Assembly (NCBI GenBank): GCA_951406725.2
Contig: OX597830.1
Span: 7,874,001-7,938,000 of the forward strand
Direction: 5' to 3'
Source of the DNA: Octopus vulgaris
Lineage: Eukaryota
Length of the DNA stretch: 64,000 nucleotides
A program made the translations under genes and the position numbers. Below the pieces are notes generated by a model that made no database searches, was not told the origin of the DNA, and saw only the letters and a list, made by a program, of their open reading frames with translations. The number at the start of each line of letters is the position of its first letter. Positions within the stretch are counted from its first letter, which is position 1. Of the stretch, positions 41,226 through 53,329 are shown piece after piece.

Positions 41226-41583
41226 ATAAAATATATACATACAATATTAGATATGTGCATATATATACACAAGAACACTACATATCGCTAAAAAATAGAA
41301 GTCAAAAATACTTCTGTACCACCAAACAGTCACAAATCTATTACAGACATGATAGGAAGAAATATCAGTGAACAATAATAACGTCTTACCTCTCCTGAGT
41401 CAGAACAAGCAGAGGCAAGACGTTATTATTGTTCACCGATATTTCTTCCTATCATGTCTGTAATAGATTTGTGACTGTTTGGTGGTACAGAAGTATTTTT
41501 GACTTCTATTTTTTAGCGATGTAGGTGCTCAAGAAGTGCCCCTGTGTATAGATGTACGTATCTAATATTGTATACATATATTT

Positions 41584-41588
<5 letters not shown>
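41226..41588. repeat. Long inverted repeat (arms about 41226-41391 and 41411-41588, loop about 19 nt)
   Basis: The inner ~105 bp (ATCGCTAAAAAATAGAAG...AACGTCTTACCTC) is almost perfectly reverse-complementary to 41412-41520. The outer arms are more diverged and carry an indel. Confidence 0.95.
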
Positions 41589-41671
<83 letters not shown>

Positions 41672-41812
41672 TGTGTATTTATTTCCGGTAATTTGGCGCG
41701 CCTGAACGAGGACTTTTGAAGATAACCGTGGATGTAATAGGTGAAACTACATGCATTTTCGACCTCGTGTTGATATCTGGCATGGAGTTCGACAAATTAT
41801 ATCTTTATATGA

Positions 41813-41893
41813 TGACCTCACTGATGAGCTGCAGATGAATTGTGTAAGTAAAATTGCATAATTTATTAACAGTGAAACAATTGTATAGGGTTA
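41813..41893 (+). ncRNA. Minimal type-I hammerhead ribozyme with complete catalytic core
   Basis: TGACCTCA-CTGATGA-GCTG[ca GATGAATTGTGTAA gtaaaa TTGCATAATTTATT aa]CAGT-GAAA-C AATT G-TA^-TAGGGTTA. Stem I has 8 positions with one mismatch, stem II is long with G:U pairs, stem III is palindromic (ACAATTGT), and the cleavage triplet is GUA. Confidence 0.75.
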
Positions 41894-42150
41894 ATCTATA
41901 TTTTTGTTATTTTTCATTTGTCTTGCTCGCTAACGTTCATGGTGTGCTAAATTTTCTGGAGAACAATTCTTAGTGGTTGAAATTTATGCGGATCTCTTTT
42001 TAGCGTAAGGGCTTCCACATAGTGGATTCCTCTCCTATTTATGTATAAATAATATTTACTGAATCTCAGTTTTTTATGCGCTACACCACTGGTGTTGAAT
42101 TGATGTTATTAAATTAATATCCAATTTTTCACCCTCATTTTGACTTTATA

Positions 42151-42157
<7 letters not shown>

Positions 42158-42186
<29 letters not shown>

Positions 42187-42572
42187 TGTATGTATGTATG
42201 TATGTATGAATGTATGTATGTATGTATGTATGTATGTATGAATGTATGTATGTATGCATGTATGTATGTATGTATGTATGAATGTATGTATGTATGTATG
42301 AATGTATGTATGTATGAATGTATGTATGTATGTTTGTATGAATGTATGTATGTATGTATGTATGTATGAATGTATGTATGTATGTATGTATGCATGTATG
42401 TATGTATGTATGTATGTATGTATGTATGTATGTATGTATGTATGAATGTATGTATGCATGTATGAATGTATGTATGTATGTATGTATGTATGTATGTATG
42501 TATGTATGTATGTATGTATGTATGTATGTATGTATGTATGTATGTATGTATGTATGTATGTATGGATGTATG
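42158..42572. repeat. Long (TATG)n microsatellite with AATG/CATG variant units
   Basis: Direct inspection. Confidence 0.95.
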
Positions 42573-43406
42573 TATTTGGATGGATGCACAATCGATGTGT
42601 GGGTAAGATTTAAAGAGTGCCATGGAAAACAATGGGGAAAAAAACCAACAAAATTTTTTAAATAACAAAATGGAAGAAAAGGACGAAGTAAAGAAGATTG
42701 ATAAAGAAAAACGGTTAAAAAAAGCAAACAAAAAGAAAAACTGACGTAGTTGTTTCAATAGATGAATCTTTGGAAAAATAGTTCTAACAAAACAACATTG
42801 ACTAACATTAAAAACAGAGATCAGATAACACAAAGAAATACACGAAAAAAAAAGGAAGAAAAAGAACTAAATAAGAGCAGAGACCCTGAAAAAAGCAACC
42901 GATGAAAACATTTGATAAAAAACACAAAACAAGATGGCTGCGAATTAATGAGCAACGAAACGATATTGTGACAGCAAAGAGCAAGCGAAGTAAAGCAGGT
43001 CATATAAGTAGTAAGGTAGAAGAAGAGGTTCAGTCTTGAAGTGGGTCGCGTCTACATCGTGGTTTAACAGGGGACGAGACATGGAATATAAAATGTGAAA
43101 TTCTCATGACATTTGGCAATGTCTAGGGCAGGATCGTTGTGTGTCGTAATTAAGGCTGAGGCTGAAGGCTGAGGGTTGAATAAGGGACGGGGTGTGTGAG
43201 GGACGAGTTGATAGATAGATGGATGGGTAGATAGATAGAAAGATAGATACATACATTAATACAACATACACATATTTGTGTATATATGTGTGAGTGTGTG
43301 TGTATGTATGTATGTGTAAATATATATATACATTTATTGATATGTGTGCTTAAATATGTGTGTATATACATATACATTTACACACACACACATATATATG
43401 TACGTA

Positions 43407-43462
<56 letters not shown>

Positions 43463-43542
43463 AAGATATATATATATACATATACGAACACATTGATGCA
43501 TAGATGTAGAGACTCTTAGAGATAAATAAGCGTAGACTTAGC

Positions 43543-43597
<55 letters not shown>

Positions 43598-43924
43598 TTC
43601 ACCATTGTAAGCAATATAACTATCAATATACAGTCGAAAATAGCAACAATACCTTTTCTTCAGATTTGAACCCAGAATATCCTGCTTACCGGTTTACCAG
43701 GATACCAATAACACTATAACGGGTATCATGTTTGTTTTAATAAGAAAATAATCGTCACCGTGGCGCCATCTGTGAACTAGTTTCTGTTTCTCTCTTAAAT
43801 CCTTGTTAGAAATAACCGAACGTAATTTACATGAAAATCTTGAAAGTTAATTCATAAATAATCTAATTTTTTTCCTACTTTCTGTTGTACTCATGTAACA
43901 ATAGGCCAATAAATGTATTGTTTG

Positions 43925-44158
43925 TTATTTCTTTATTGCTCAAAAGGGGCTAAACATAGAGGGGACAGACAAGGACAGACAAAGGGATTATCTCGATTAC
44001 ATCGACCCCAGTGCGTAACTGGTACTTAATTTATCGACCTCGGAAGGATGAAAGGCAAAGTCGACCTCGGCGGAATTTGAACTCAGAACGTAGCGGCAGA
44101 CGAAATACCGCTGAGCATTTCGCCCGGCGTGCTAACGATTCTGCCAGCTCGCCGCCTG
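43925..44158 (-). mobile_element. Full-length SINE family B with a 16-bp TSD
   Basis: Head GGCGGCGAGCTGGCAGAATCGTTAGC, B box GAGTTCAAATTCC, central CCTTTCATCCTTCCGAGGTCGATAAATTAAGTACCAG. The TSD ATAAATGTATTGTTTG is at 43909-43924 and 44159-44174. Confidence 0.92.
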
Positions 44159-44190
44159 ATAAATGTATTGTTTGGCTGTCTCAGTAGGTG

Positions 44191-44315
<125 letters not shown>

Positions 44316-44358
44316 TGTGTGTGTCCGTGTGTGTGTATTTATATATTATAGATAAGAC

Positions 44359-44563
44359 CAGTGATTCTCAACCCAGGTCCACGTGACTTAAAAGGGTCCC
44401 TATAAGTATTTTCACAATTTCTTTTTGTAAAATTTCTTGTAATAATTAATTATATAACAAAAAAAATAATAGGATTTTTTACACATGGAATGATTATGAG
44501 GGTCCAGTTGAGTAAAACAGGAAAGAAAGGGCTCCATAGGGGAAATGTGGTTGAAAACCAATG
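44359..44563. mobile_element. hAT (Charlie-like) MITE
   Basis: TIRs CAGTGATTCTCAAC and GTTGAAAACCAATG, with an 8-bp TSD GATAAGAC / GATTAGAC. Confidence 0.85.
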
Positions 44564-45448
44564 GATTAGACGAAGGAATCTAAAGGATCAGAGATCAACA
44601 GATACCTTCTTTAGGAAGTGGAACGGTTTGAGTTCCTTGGACATCGAATGAGAAGACAAAGCTTTGATCAGATTGGTGACCACTGGGAAATTAAAGGGGT
44701 GGGGGGAGAAGCCGGGGAGAAGAGATAGAGGAAACAGATAGACAGAAAAACGGGTAGATATATGTATGTGTGTGTATGTATGTTTGTGTATGTTTGTGTG
44801 TTACGTGCGTGTATTTGTGTGTATGTGCGCGTGCGTGTTTGTGAACGTGCATGTATGTCTGTGTGCGTGCGTAGTGTATTTGTCTGTATGTGAGTCTACG
44901 TGTTTGTGTGCGTGCACGTCTGTGTGTGGGGGGTGTAAATACTGAGATGAGTGAGATATACAAAGATATATACAGACATAATAATATACAGTGCAAGACA
45001 TACAACGTCGCCCGGTGTAACACCACCATCTGGTCTTTGGGTACATTACCAGGGTACACTAAAGCAGTACACTTAACTGAGACCAGATTTAATAAAGACT
45101 TCCTAATTCTTGGGTGCCTTTGTCAGAGTATATAAGAGTGGTAAACTTATCCGTTGCCACCACTTTTAGTTTGGGGAACGTTTTGCTGAGAAGTCTAAAA
45201 CTGGTCGGCCAAGGTTAACACCCTTAATCGACTCTAGGCCAACAGTTCTCAAATATAAGCCCTACCAAAAAAAGAAATAACAATAATAATACTTTCTATT
45301 ATAGGCACAAGGCCTTAAATTTTAGGGAAGGGGATTTAGTTTATAACTCAAGAAGTTACTCGAAAAATTAGTGGTGTTACCTTAGTTCACTGGTAGTGAA
45401 CAGCTGAAAACAGTAGTATACCTCCAGCGTCTGAAACTGTGTACAGAC

Positions 45449-45507
<59 letters not shown>

Positions 45508-45516
45508 TAATAATAA

Positions 45517-46035
45517 ATGCCCTATGCAGTGGCTCTCATGGCTTCTAATTTTAACTTAGAGATGTTATCATGTACATTGTTTTATAAGATGGGTTACAGC
45601 AAATATTCTGCTCAATACTACAGATTTGCTTGTCAGTTGTTTGACGTTAATCAGTTGAGCATGTTCCTTGGTGGCTGACAAACTGTGCACCTCTGATCAC
45701 AAGTAGTTGGGGAGCCTCATAGCCATGTGTTGAGAGGGATTCTTTGGGGTTTGAATAATTCACCTTTGGAAGCATGGGTGTTTTGTTCATCATCCTTAAA
45801 CGAACCTTATTCAGGGGCCTTTTGAGTGGAGTGGGCTACTCGACCTGAAGAAAAATTTTAACTGGGCCCCACCTTCAAGGTCGTGCGGTATTTATCTTGA
45901 TATGATATCATTATGCCGCGTACATATGGTTGTGACTGGTGTACCCTTATCAAACGGGTGGTCGTGATGGGTATACTGGTTTTCGAATATTTTTACCTCA
46001 ATGTCACTCTGATGGCATGAACTGTTCTCTCACTC
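45517..46035 (+). mobile_element. Non-coding ~520-bp insert inside an (AAT)n tract, probably the 3' UTR or a non-autonomous partner of an R4/Dong-type element
   Basis: Complex sequence with (AAT)n abutting both ends. No ORF and no TIR. Confidence 0.55.
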
Positions 46036-46044
46036 AATAATAAT

Positions 46045-46258
46045 AATTTCTACAAAAGGTACGGGGCCTGAAATTTTGTGGGAGGGGACTAGTCGATTAT
46101 GTCGGCTCCAGTGTTACACTAGTATTTATTTTATCGATCCCGAAAGGAACAAAAGTAAAGTCGACCTTGGCAGAATTTAAACTCAGAACGTCAAGGCGCA
46201 CAAAATGCCGCAAAGCATTTTCCCGGCGCGCTAACGATTTTGCCTGCTCACCACCTTA
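46045..46258 (-). mobile_element. SINE family B, diverged, alternative 3' tail
   Basis: Similar to 59499-59724. Confidence 0.75.
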
Positions 46259-47932
46259 CATAATAATAATAATATCTTTCTCTTTCTCTCTTTCTTTCTC
46301 TCTCCCTTTCTTTATCTCTCACTCTATCTATCTATTTATATATGTATATATCTATATCTCTCTTAATGAGAAGACAAAACATCGTTTACATTCAAATATT
46401 TTTTCTTTGATCGCCAAGATGTTGCACAATTTTGAAAACATTGATTTGGAAGACATCTTTATAAAATATGGCAATTCACCAATCCAACTTCCTTTTCAAG
46501 CTTCATATCTCACATTGTTAGAAATACTAGTCAGGCTACCACAAAGTGTTTTCCGTCATACACTATGGTAGTTTGTGTGCCGCAAAGACCCTGACATCTT
46601 TGCCTGCAGAGCACATGCTGCCGTACTGGACTCGTCAAAGTTCTATATGGACTAACGCTTCCCAGAAGTAAATGGGTTTGCGTAGGGCCAACAACCTACC
46701 TAGAAAAAAACCAGTTACATAAACATCGCTGGCAATCATAAGCAACAAGACTTGAGACATTAAATCTTTCCTTCATGGAAATATATGAGGCGGTGTGGCA
46801 AAATCTGAAAAAAAGACGGTTGCATGAAAGCAAGAACCCAACATCAAAATGTCGTCAATGGCCTTTGCTTCATAGAATGAGCGAAGGAGTTATGTAAATA
46901 CTCTCACCAGAGTCCACTGGGCTGGTAGACTTCATCTATTGCCAGATTTAACCTCACTAACCGGTTTCAAATTCATTTTATCAGAGTCCACTCTGTTTCA
47001 AGCTTTCGGGAACGGTTTTCAATGGAGCGGTGAGGCTAATCTAAAAATTGTGGTTCCTTTCTGTTTTTCCCCTACCGACCCAGTCTCAGAGGTCATAGAA
47101 AAAATAAGATTATCAAAGGTAAAGCGATTCCACTCGAAAATAAACCTGTTAATGATATTTTTTTCTTGTGTCTGTATTTAAAAATAATATTACAGACATG
47201 TCTCACCCACTCTTTACTCATTAACTACATTTTAAAGCAAAAAATACGATTTATTCTACATGGAAACCTTGAATCGGTTTGTGAAAATATCAGGAAGAAT
47301 ATCGTTTATTTATTTTAGTTTTACGCTAATTATTTATTTCTAGCCTGGCCTCATTAACGAACCAAGTAACATATTTACTAATTACAGAATAATTAGTTTC
47401 GCTTGGTACAATGTTACACTGTCATGAGACACATACGTTTAAAGTTATAAAGGTTTATCGTTTTGGTTCAGGCCCTCACATAATCACTACAAATATGGCT
47501 GACCTAAAAACAACATATAGTATTCATATAAATATATGACTACAAACACAGAGAAAGAGAGAACGGGAGAGAGTGGAGTATTAAAAAAACAATTTAATAC
47601 GTTTCTACAAAGACTAAGTCAATAACAGAAATGAGAATAATTTCACTGATCAAAGTAAATAAAATCTTATTTTCATTTGCGAACAACCGCGTCGCCTGTT
47701 ATGAGGTTAATTTGTGAAGTAGAGTGTTGCTTGTAGCTAACAGGTTCGAGCGCAGCAATAACTAACGATATTTCTCAAGGTAAGGCGGCAAGCAATTGAC
47801 TAGGAAACACATCCAAAATAAATACCGATATATACATACATTCATACATAAACACAAACATACATACATATATAGATAAATAGATAGATATATAGATATA
47901 GACATATATACATATGTGTGCGTGTATATATG

Positions 47933-47964
<32 letters not shown>

Positions 47965-48058
47965 CGCACACACATTCATATATATATGTATATATATATT
48001 AGGGAGTATAACTCCAAACTTACAGGGAAAAATTCAATTTAGGATTAAATCAAATTTC

Positions 48059-48106
<48 letters not shown>

Positions 48107-48248
48107 TATAAATTAGAGAAAAACCACTATTATGTAATTCAATGGTAGACGTAAATCATACCATATAGAAAAAATAAAATATATGATAAAACATTTACCT
48201 ACATCGCAATAAAGAACATAATAATAAACAGTATATAATTGATAAATA

Positions 48249-48360
48249 GACAACGTACGTTTCGTGGCTATATCTTCAATTTGAATTACAATTAAGATTA
48301 AATTTAAATTTAATCGATCCAAAAACAATTCAATTTAAAAGTATAGTCACTCCTCAGGTC
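48249..48360 (-). ncRNA. Minimal type-I hammerhead ribozyme with complete core and very long stem II
   Basis: Minus strand reads GAC-CTGAGGA-GTGACTATACTTTTAAATTGAATT...AATTCAAATTGAAGATATAGCCAC-GAAA-C GTAC G-TT^-GTC. Stem II is about 24 bp plus an inner palindrome, stem III is palindromic (ACGTACGT), and the triplet is GUU. Confidence 0.72.
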
Positions 48361-48604
48361 AACAATAATAACAATAATAGTTAAATACATATTTTTAATA
48401 AATAATCAAACAGAATTAAACAATATTTCTCAAAGAAATGAAAAAACATTTCTTAAAAAAATATAAACATACGCTACCATTCATACATACACACCCACCC
48501 ACACATATTTGTATATGTGTGTATATATACATAGATAATCGGACGGACAGACAGACAGGCAGATAGATAAACAGACAGACAAATAGACAGACAGATAGGC
48601 AGAT

Positions 48605-48686
<82 letters not shown>

Positions 48687-48883
48687 GGGGGCAGCCAGAG
48701 CGAACCATCTCAAGTGTAACTGTCCGAAATGGACGTGACTTCTGGTACTTGACTGATGAAAGACAGTCAAGAATGACCCGTCTTTTTTTGCCTGTCTTTC
48801 TAATTGTTGTTTCTCTTGTCCGCCTTTGTACTGTCTATCTGTCCGAACTTTTAATGCCCTCTATTGCGTTTTTGTTCCATTTA

Positions 48884-48927
<44 letters not shown>

Positions 48928-49552
48928 GAGGGGGGAGAGAGATTGGCAGGTGAATACATACATTCATACAAACATATACATGCATACATAGACACATCAT
49001 ACATATATAGACATCGGTACTTGCCCACGTATATTAATCCACCAATACATACATACATGCATACATACATACATACATACATACATACATACATACATAC
49101 ATACATACATACATACATACATACATGCATACATTGAGAGAGGATGTACGGAAGAGAACGAAAGTAAGCGAAAAATGTCGATCAATAAATTCTATCTCGA
49201 GGCAAATATAACGGATCGAACTTCACCGAAAAGTAAAATAAATAAAATAAATAAAATAAAATAAAATAAAGCACAAAATGTTAAACGTAAATAAAGAATG
49301 AAATTGAGAAAGAAATTTCGAAGAAACAAGAGGAAAGAAACGCTCGTGGACGTTTGTATAATGTTGTTGTCGTTGTTGTTGTTGGTATTGTTAAATTGAT
49401 GCAGTTTCGCTTAAAAACGTGAGATTGGTCGCTCAGAAAAGACCAGAGAGATGGGGAGGGAAAAGGGTGTCAGAGGCAGAGAGAGAAAAAACAGACAGGA
49501 AAGACGGATGAGAGGGAGATACAAAGAGAAGGTGAAAGGTAGTGTGAGAGAC

Positions 49553-49599
<47 letters not shown>

Positions 49600-49940
49600 G
49601 TATGACAACGATTCAAGAATAAGTGCAGATGTAGAGAGAGAAAGGGGACGTTGCGAATAGGATTGGGGCAAGAGAAGGGGAGACTTAGGGAGAGAGACGT
49701 TGAGTGGGTGAGAGAGATGGTGGATGAGATGGGTACGAAGAGAGAGAGGCGTAAAAGAAAAAGAGTCGCAGAGAGAGAAAAATGAAGCGAGAGAGAGTAA
49801 AACGAAGGAAGAAGAGAGACAAAGTTAGAAATGGAAAGAGAGAGAGAGATGTACATGTGGATGATGGATCTTTAGGGAAAGTAAAAGGGAAAAAATAAAT
49901 AAATAAGAGTTGTCTTCTCGTTTTAGATTTATTCAAGAAA

Positions 49941-49957
49941 GCCGCTAGAGGGCAGTG
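49941..49957 (+). promoter_or_regulatory. CTCF consensus motif
   Basis: GCCGCTAGAGGGCAGTG matches CCRSYAGRGGGCRS. It lies in a short unique island between simple repeats. Confidence 0.5.
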
Positions 49958-50598
49958 ATGTTTTAGCTAACATGGCTCCCAGACGGTTTGGAAATGTGTT
50001 GAAAAAGTTTAGCTATATAATTATGGCAATTCTTTGTTGCTGAATACAACTGTTGTTGTAATGGTGGTGGCAGCGGGGGGTGAAGGTGGCAGCGACGGCG
50101 GCGGTTTCTGTTGTTGTTGCTATTATGGTTGTAATTACTGTTGTAGAGATTGGTGTTGTTGTTGGTAGTGGTGGTGTTAATGGTGGCAGTGTGTTCAGTC
50201 TTCTACAGTGGACACTGTTATTTTATTATTGAAGGTACTGTTATAGACGTTGTTGTTGTTGTTGTTGTACCGCTGTTTTAGATGTTGGTCATGTTATTTT
50301 TACTAATGTCCTTAGTCATGGTTCCTTTTACTTTTTATCCTTCATATCTCTACGCCTTCTCTCTAACACTTTTGTCATATCTTCCCGCTTGCTCTTCTTC
50401 GTCTCTTTCAGTCAATACATACATACATACATACATACATACATACATACATACACACATACATACATACATATATATATATACATATACACCATCACCA
50501 ATTTAATAGTGTCGTCACCCATTATTGAAATCCTAAATGAAAAACTGCGAATATATTCGTACAAAACCTATGGTATCGGACTATGAAGTTTTAATAAT

Positions 50599-50670
<72 letters not shown>

Positions 50671-51356
50671 ATATACACGTATTAATAGATCTCCGTCTGT
50701 ATATATTGGAGCCGATATCAATGATCTTAGAATGGCATTTCCGTCCTTCTACATCAGCTATGCGTGTAACTCCAATAGTTTAGGCCGCTCTGCTGTGCAC
50801 CTAAAGATAAATACATTGTCTTTAAGAAACTAGGCTTCTTATTGTGAACTCTAAACCCTATTCATTTTTCTTCCGTACTCTCTCTCTCTACTTTTCATTC
50901 TGTTTGCTTGTTTCTTTGTTTGTTTGCTTCTTCATGAAATTTACCTTACCCTATTTTTTATCATATAATTTATTCATTTGCATACAATGGAGTGGTCAGC
51001 TAAATCTTTTGAAAACAAATCTTTATGATAAACTTATTTCTTCTTTTACCCCTTTTTATAACTATCTTTTAGTATCCTTTCTCGGAATTCATTTTCATCA
51101 ATCTAGCCTCGCTCCCATAGTACACTCCATATATGGTAATTCTAGAATTTTTAAAGAATAAAATGTGCCGAATACATCTATTGTCTGTGTTCATATAATG
51201 AAACTATTTGCTATTCATAGCAGAGTCTGGTGTTTCAGCTCGCCATGAACTGTTCTGGTGTATAGTCTGTTCGTTATGAAACGACACAACAATATTTATG
51301 GGTGTTTATACATATTTGTGTGTGCGTATGCATGTATATTTATTTGTCTATGTGTG

Positions 51357-51412
51357 ACGCCTGATGTAGCGTCGTTTACGTAACTAACACAGACTACGAA
51401 ACAGCTGTCAGC
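51357..51412 (+). ncRNA. Degenerate hammerhead motif
   Basis: CTGAT-GTAGcgTC...GACTAC-GAAA-C AGCT G-TC. The G8/A9 region is damaged and stem III is palindromic (ACAGCTGT). Confidence 0.45.
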
Positions 51413-51599
51413 AAATGGAATAAACAATTATTATATCATTTCACTTATCTCATCAATGTTTATACATATTCTCCTCCGTTATGATTTCTAGATTTTTCAA
51501 AACGGCAAAGAGGTTACATCCTAGCCTTAACCACTCACGTGCCAGGTAGTGTAAGCTTACAGTAAATTCCGTTTGACTCTGAATCACTATTCTTGATGT

Positions 51600-51915
51600 A
51601 TGTACATGACTTAATGGTTAGGTTATGCGACTCATGATCGTAAGGCGGTGAGTTCGATCCCTAGTGGTGCTTTGTCTCCTTGAGCAAAACACTTTATTTC
51701 ACTTTGCTCCAGTCCACTCAACAGGCAAAAATGAGCCGTGCCTGTTGTTCAAAGGTCCACCCTTGTTACATTCAGTGCGTTATGCTGAATTTCCCTGAGA
51801 ACTACGTAAAGGGTACATCGTGTGTCTGCGGAGTGCTCAGCCACTTGCACGTTAATTTCATGAGTAGGCTGTGCAGTCGATTGAATCAGTTGGAACACTT
51901 GTAATCGACAGAATG
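51600..51915 (+). mobile_element. SINE family C
   Basis: TGACTTAATGGTTAGG..GAGTTCGATCCC head and CCTTGAGCAAAACACTTTATTTCAC..GCTCCAGTCCACTCA body. Confidence 0.75.
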
Positions 51916-51929
51916 ACAGTTTTTGTATA

Positions 51930-52378
51930 TCTATACATATAAAGCTGAAGTTGTCTGTGTGTGTGTGTGTGTGTGTGATAGGTTTGGTAGCCTTCAACTA
52001 ACACTATCTCCTCCAAGACCCTGCGACGCAAGTTGACCAAAATTGAGAGTATGATAGAAGGCTTGCTCTTTATTCCGTAGAAGAAAAAAATTCAAATCGG
52101 ACCATGTTAATACCAAAAATTATTTACATCAAAAAGGTGTTTTTTTTCTATGAAAATCCCTATTTTTTACGATTTTTTGACTGCTGTGTCGCCATTTTTC
52201 GATGTATTTCAACCAGAAAATGTTCACTTAAAGGGAATAACAAGCTACATAATGCAAAATTTTTACTTTTCAAAAGAGATTGAAACCATGTCAAAACTTT
52301 TTTAACGTGACATCAAAGTCTGCCGTTTTAAGCACAACTAAAAAAACAAACCCGAGCAACACCGGGCTGTACCACTAG
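51930..52378 (+). mobile_element. Non-autonomous Helitron
   Basis: A|TC 5' end, 3' hairpin CCCGAGCAACACCGGG, and terminal CTAG|T. Confidence 0.85.
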
Positions 52379-52380
52379 TA

Positions 52381-52435
<55 letters not shown>

Positions 52436-53329
52436 TTATGGGCACACACATGCAGACACATATATACATGCTATCATACATATAAACATAATTACATACA
52501 TAAACACACATACATACACACAAAGATACATCCATACATACAGACAGACAGCCGCGTACGTGCATGTGTGGTAGTGAATGTATGGGAAATTCGAAGATTA
52601 CAACCAATATATAATTTTGCCCGATTACGTATATCGCTCTACTGCCGTACACGCCAACAGACTGGAAAAGAAAGGAACAGAATGGCTCTGACAAGCTTGC
52701 ATGTCGGCTATCGGCTGACACGCATCGGCGAGGAAAAATTTGGACTTGTGTCGGCAATACGAAATTAGTTCGTTCTTGATATTCGTTCTTAGGATTACGG
52801 TAGGTGGCAAGGTAGAGGTAACATGACACATGTCGCATTCCTAATTGCCTTCTCATAAGAATTTTGGTAGTCTTTCTTTTGTTTCTCTCAATTTGCACAT
52901 GTACTCTGAAAGTGCTGTGGTCTTCTTTTAGCGCAGATGGAATTAACTATTGTGATGTTATGGGTGACTTTTGAAAGAGCGTTCTATAATCTCTACATAT
53001 CTTGTTGATTTGTAGCTCGTTCATATACTGAATAAACTTTTCTTTAGGCAGTTACCTTTTAATGGGGAAAACTCTATATTTCAGAAATTACACGTTGAAC
53101 CAACCCCGTTTTACAAAAGTTTGAAATATTTTTGCTCCAAATTGCCCACCATCTCAAGCCAAAAGGGCCATGTAAAAAAATGGATTTATTGGTATACAAG
53201 AAGACGGGATAGTTACGGCTAGAATGTCTTTGATTGTAAAAGAGTAACGACAACAGCTGCAACAGAAACAACAACAACAACACCGAAAACAATCATAATA
53301 GCACAAACATCATCAACAACAGTAATACT

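Noticed and set aside
41413-41434. miR-31-like 5' sequence AGGCAAGACGTT in a hairpin arm
   Set aside because: Similarity stops after about 12 nt, and the hairpin is far longer and more perfect than a pre-miRNA.
43760-43775. CTCF-like AGATGGCGC half-motif
   Set aside because: The 5' half of the consensus is missing, and such motifs are common in transposon debris.
46570-46895. Possible RTE-type LINE 5' and 3' UTR remnants
   Set aside because: Only a vague resemblance and no coding remnant, so it is not supportable by eye.
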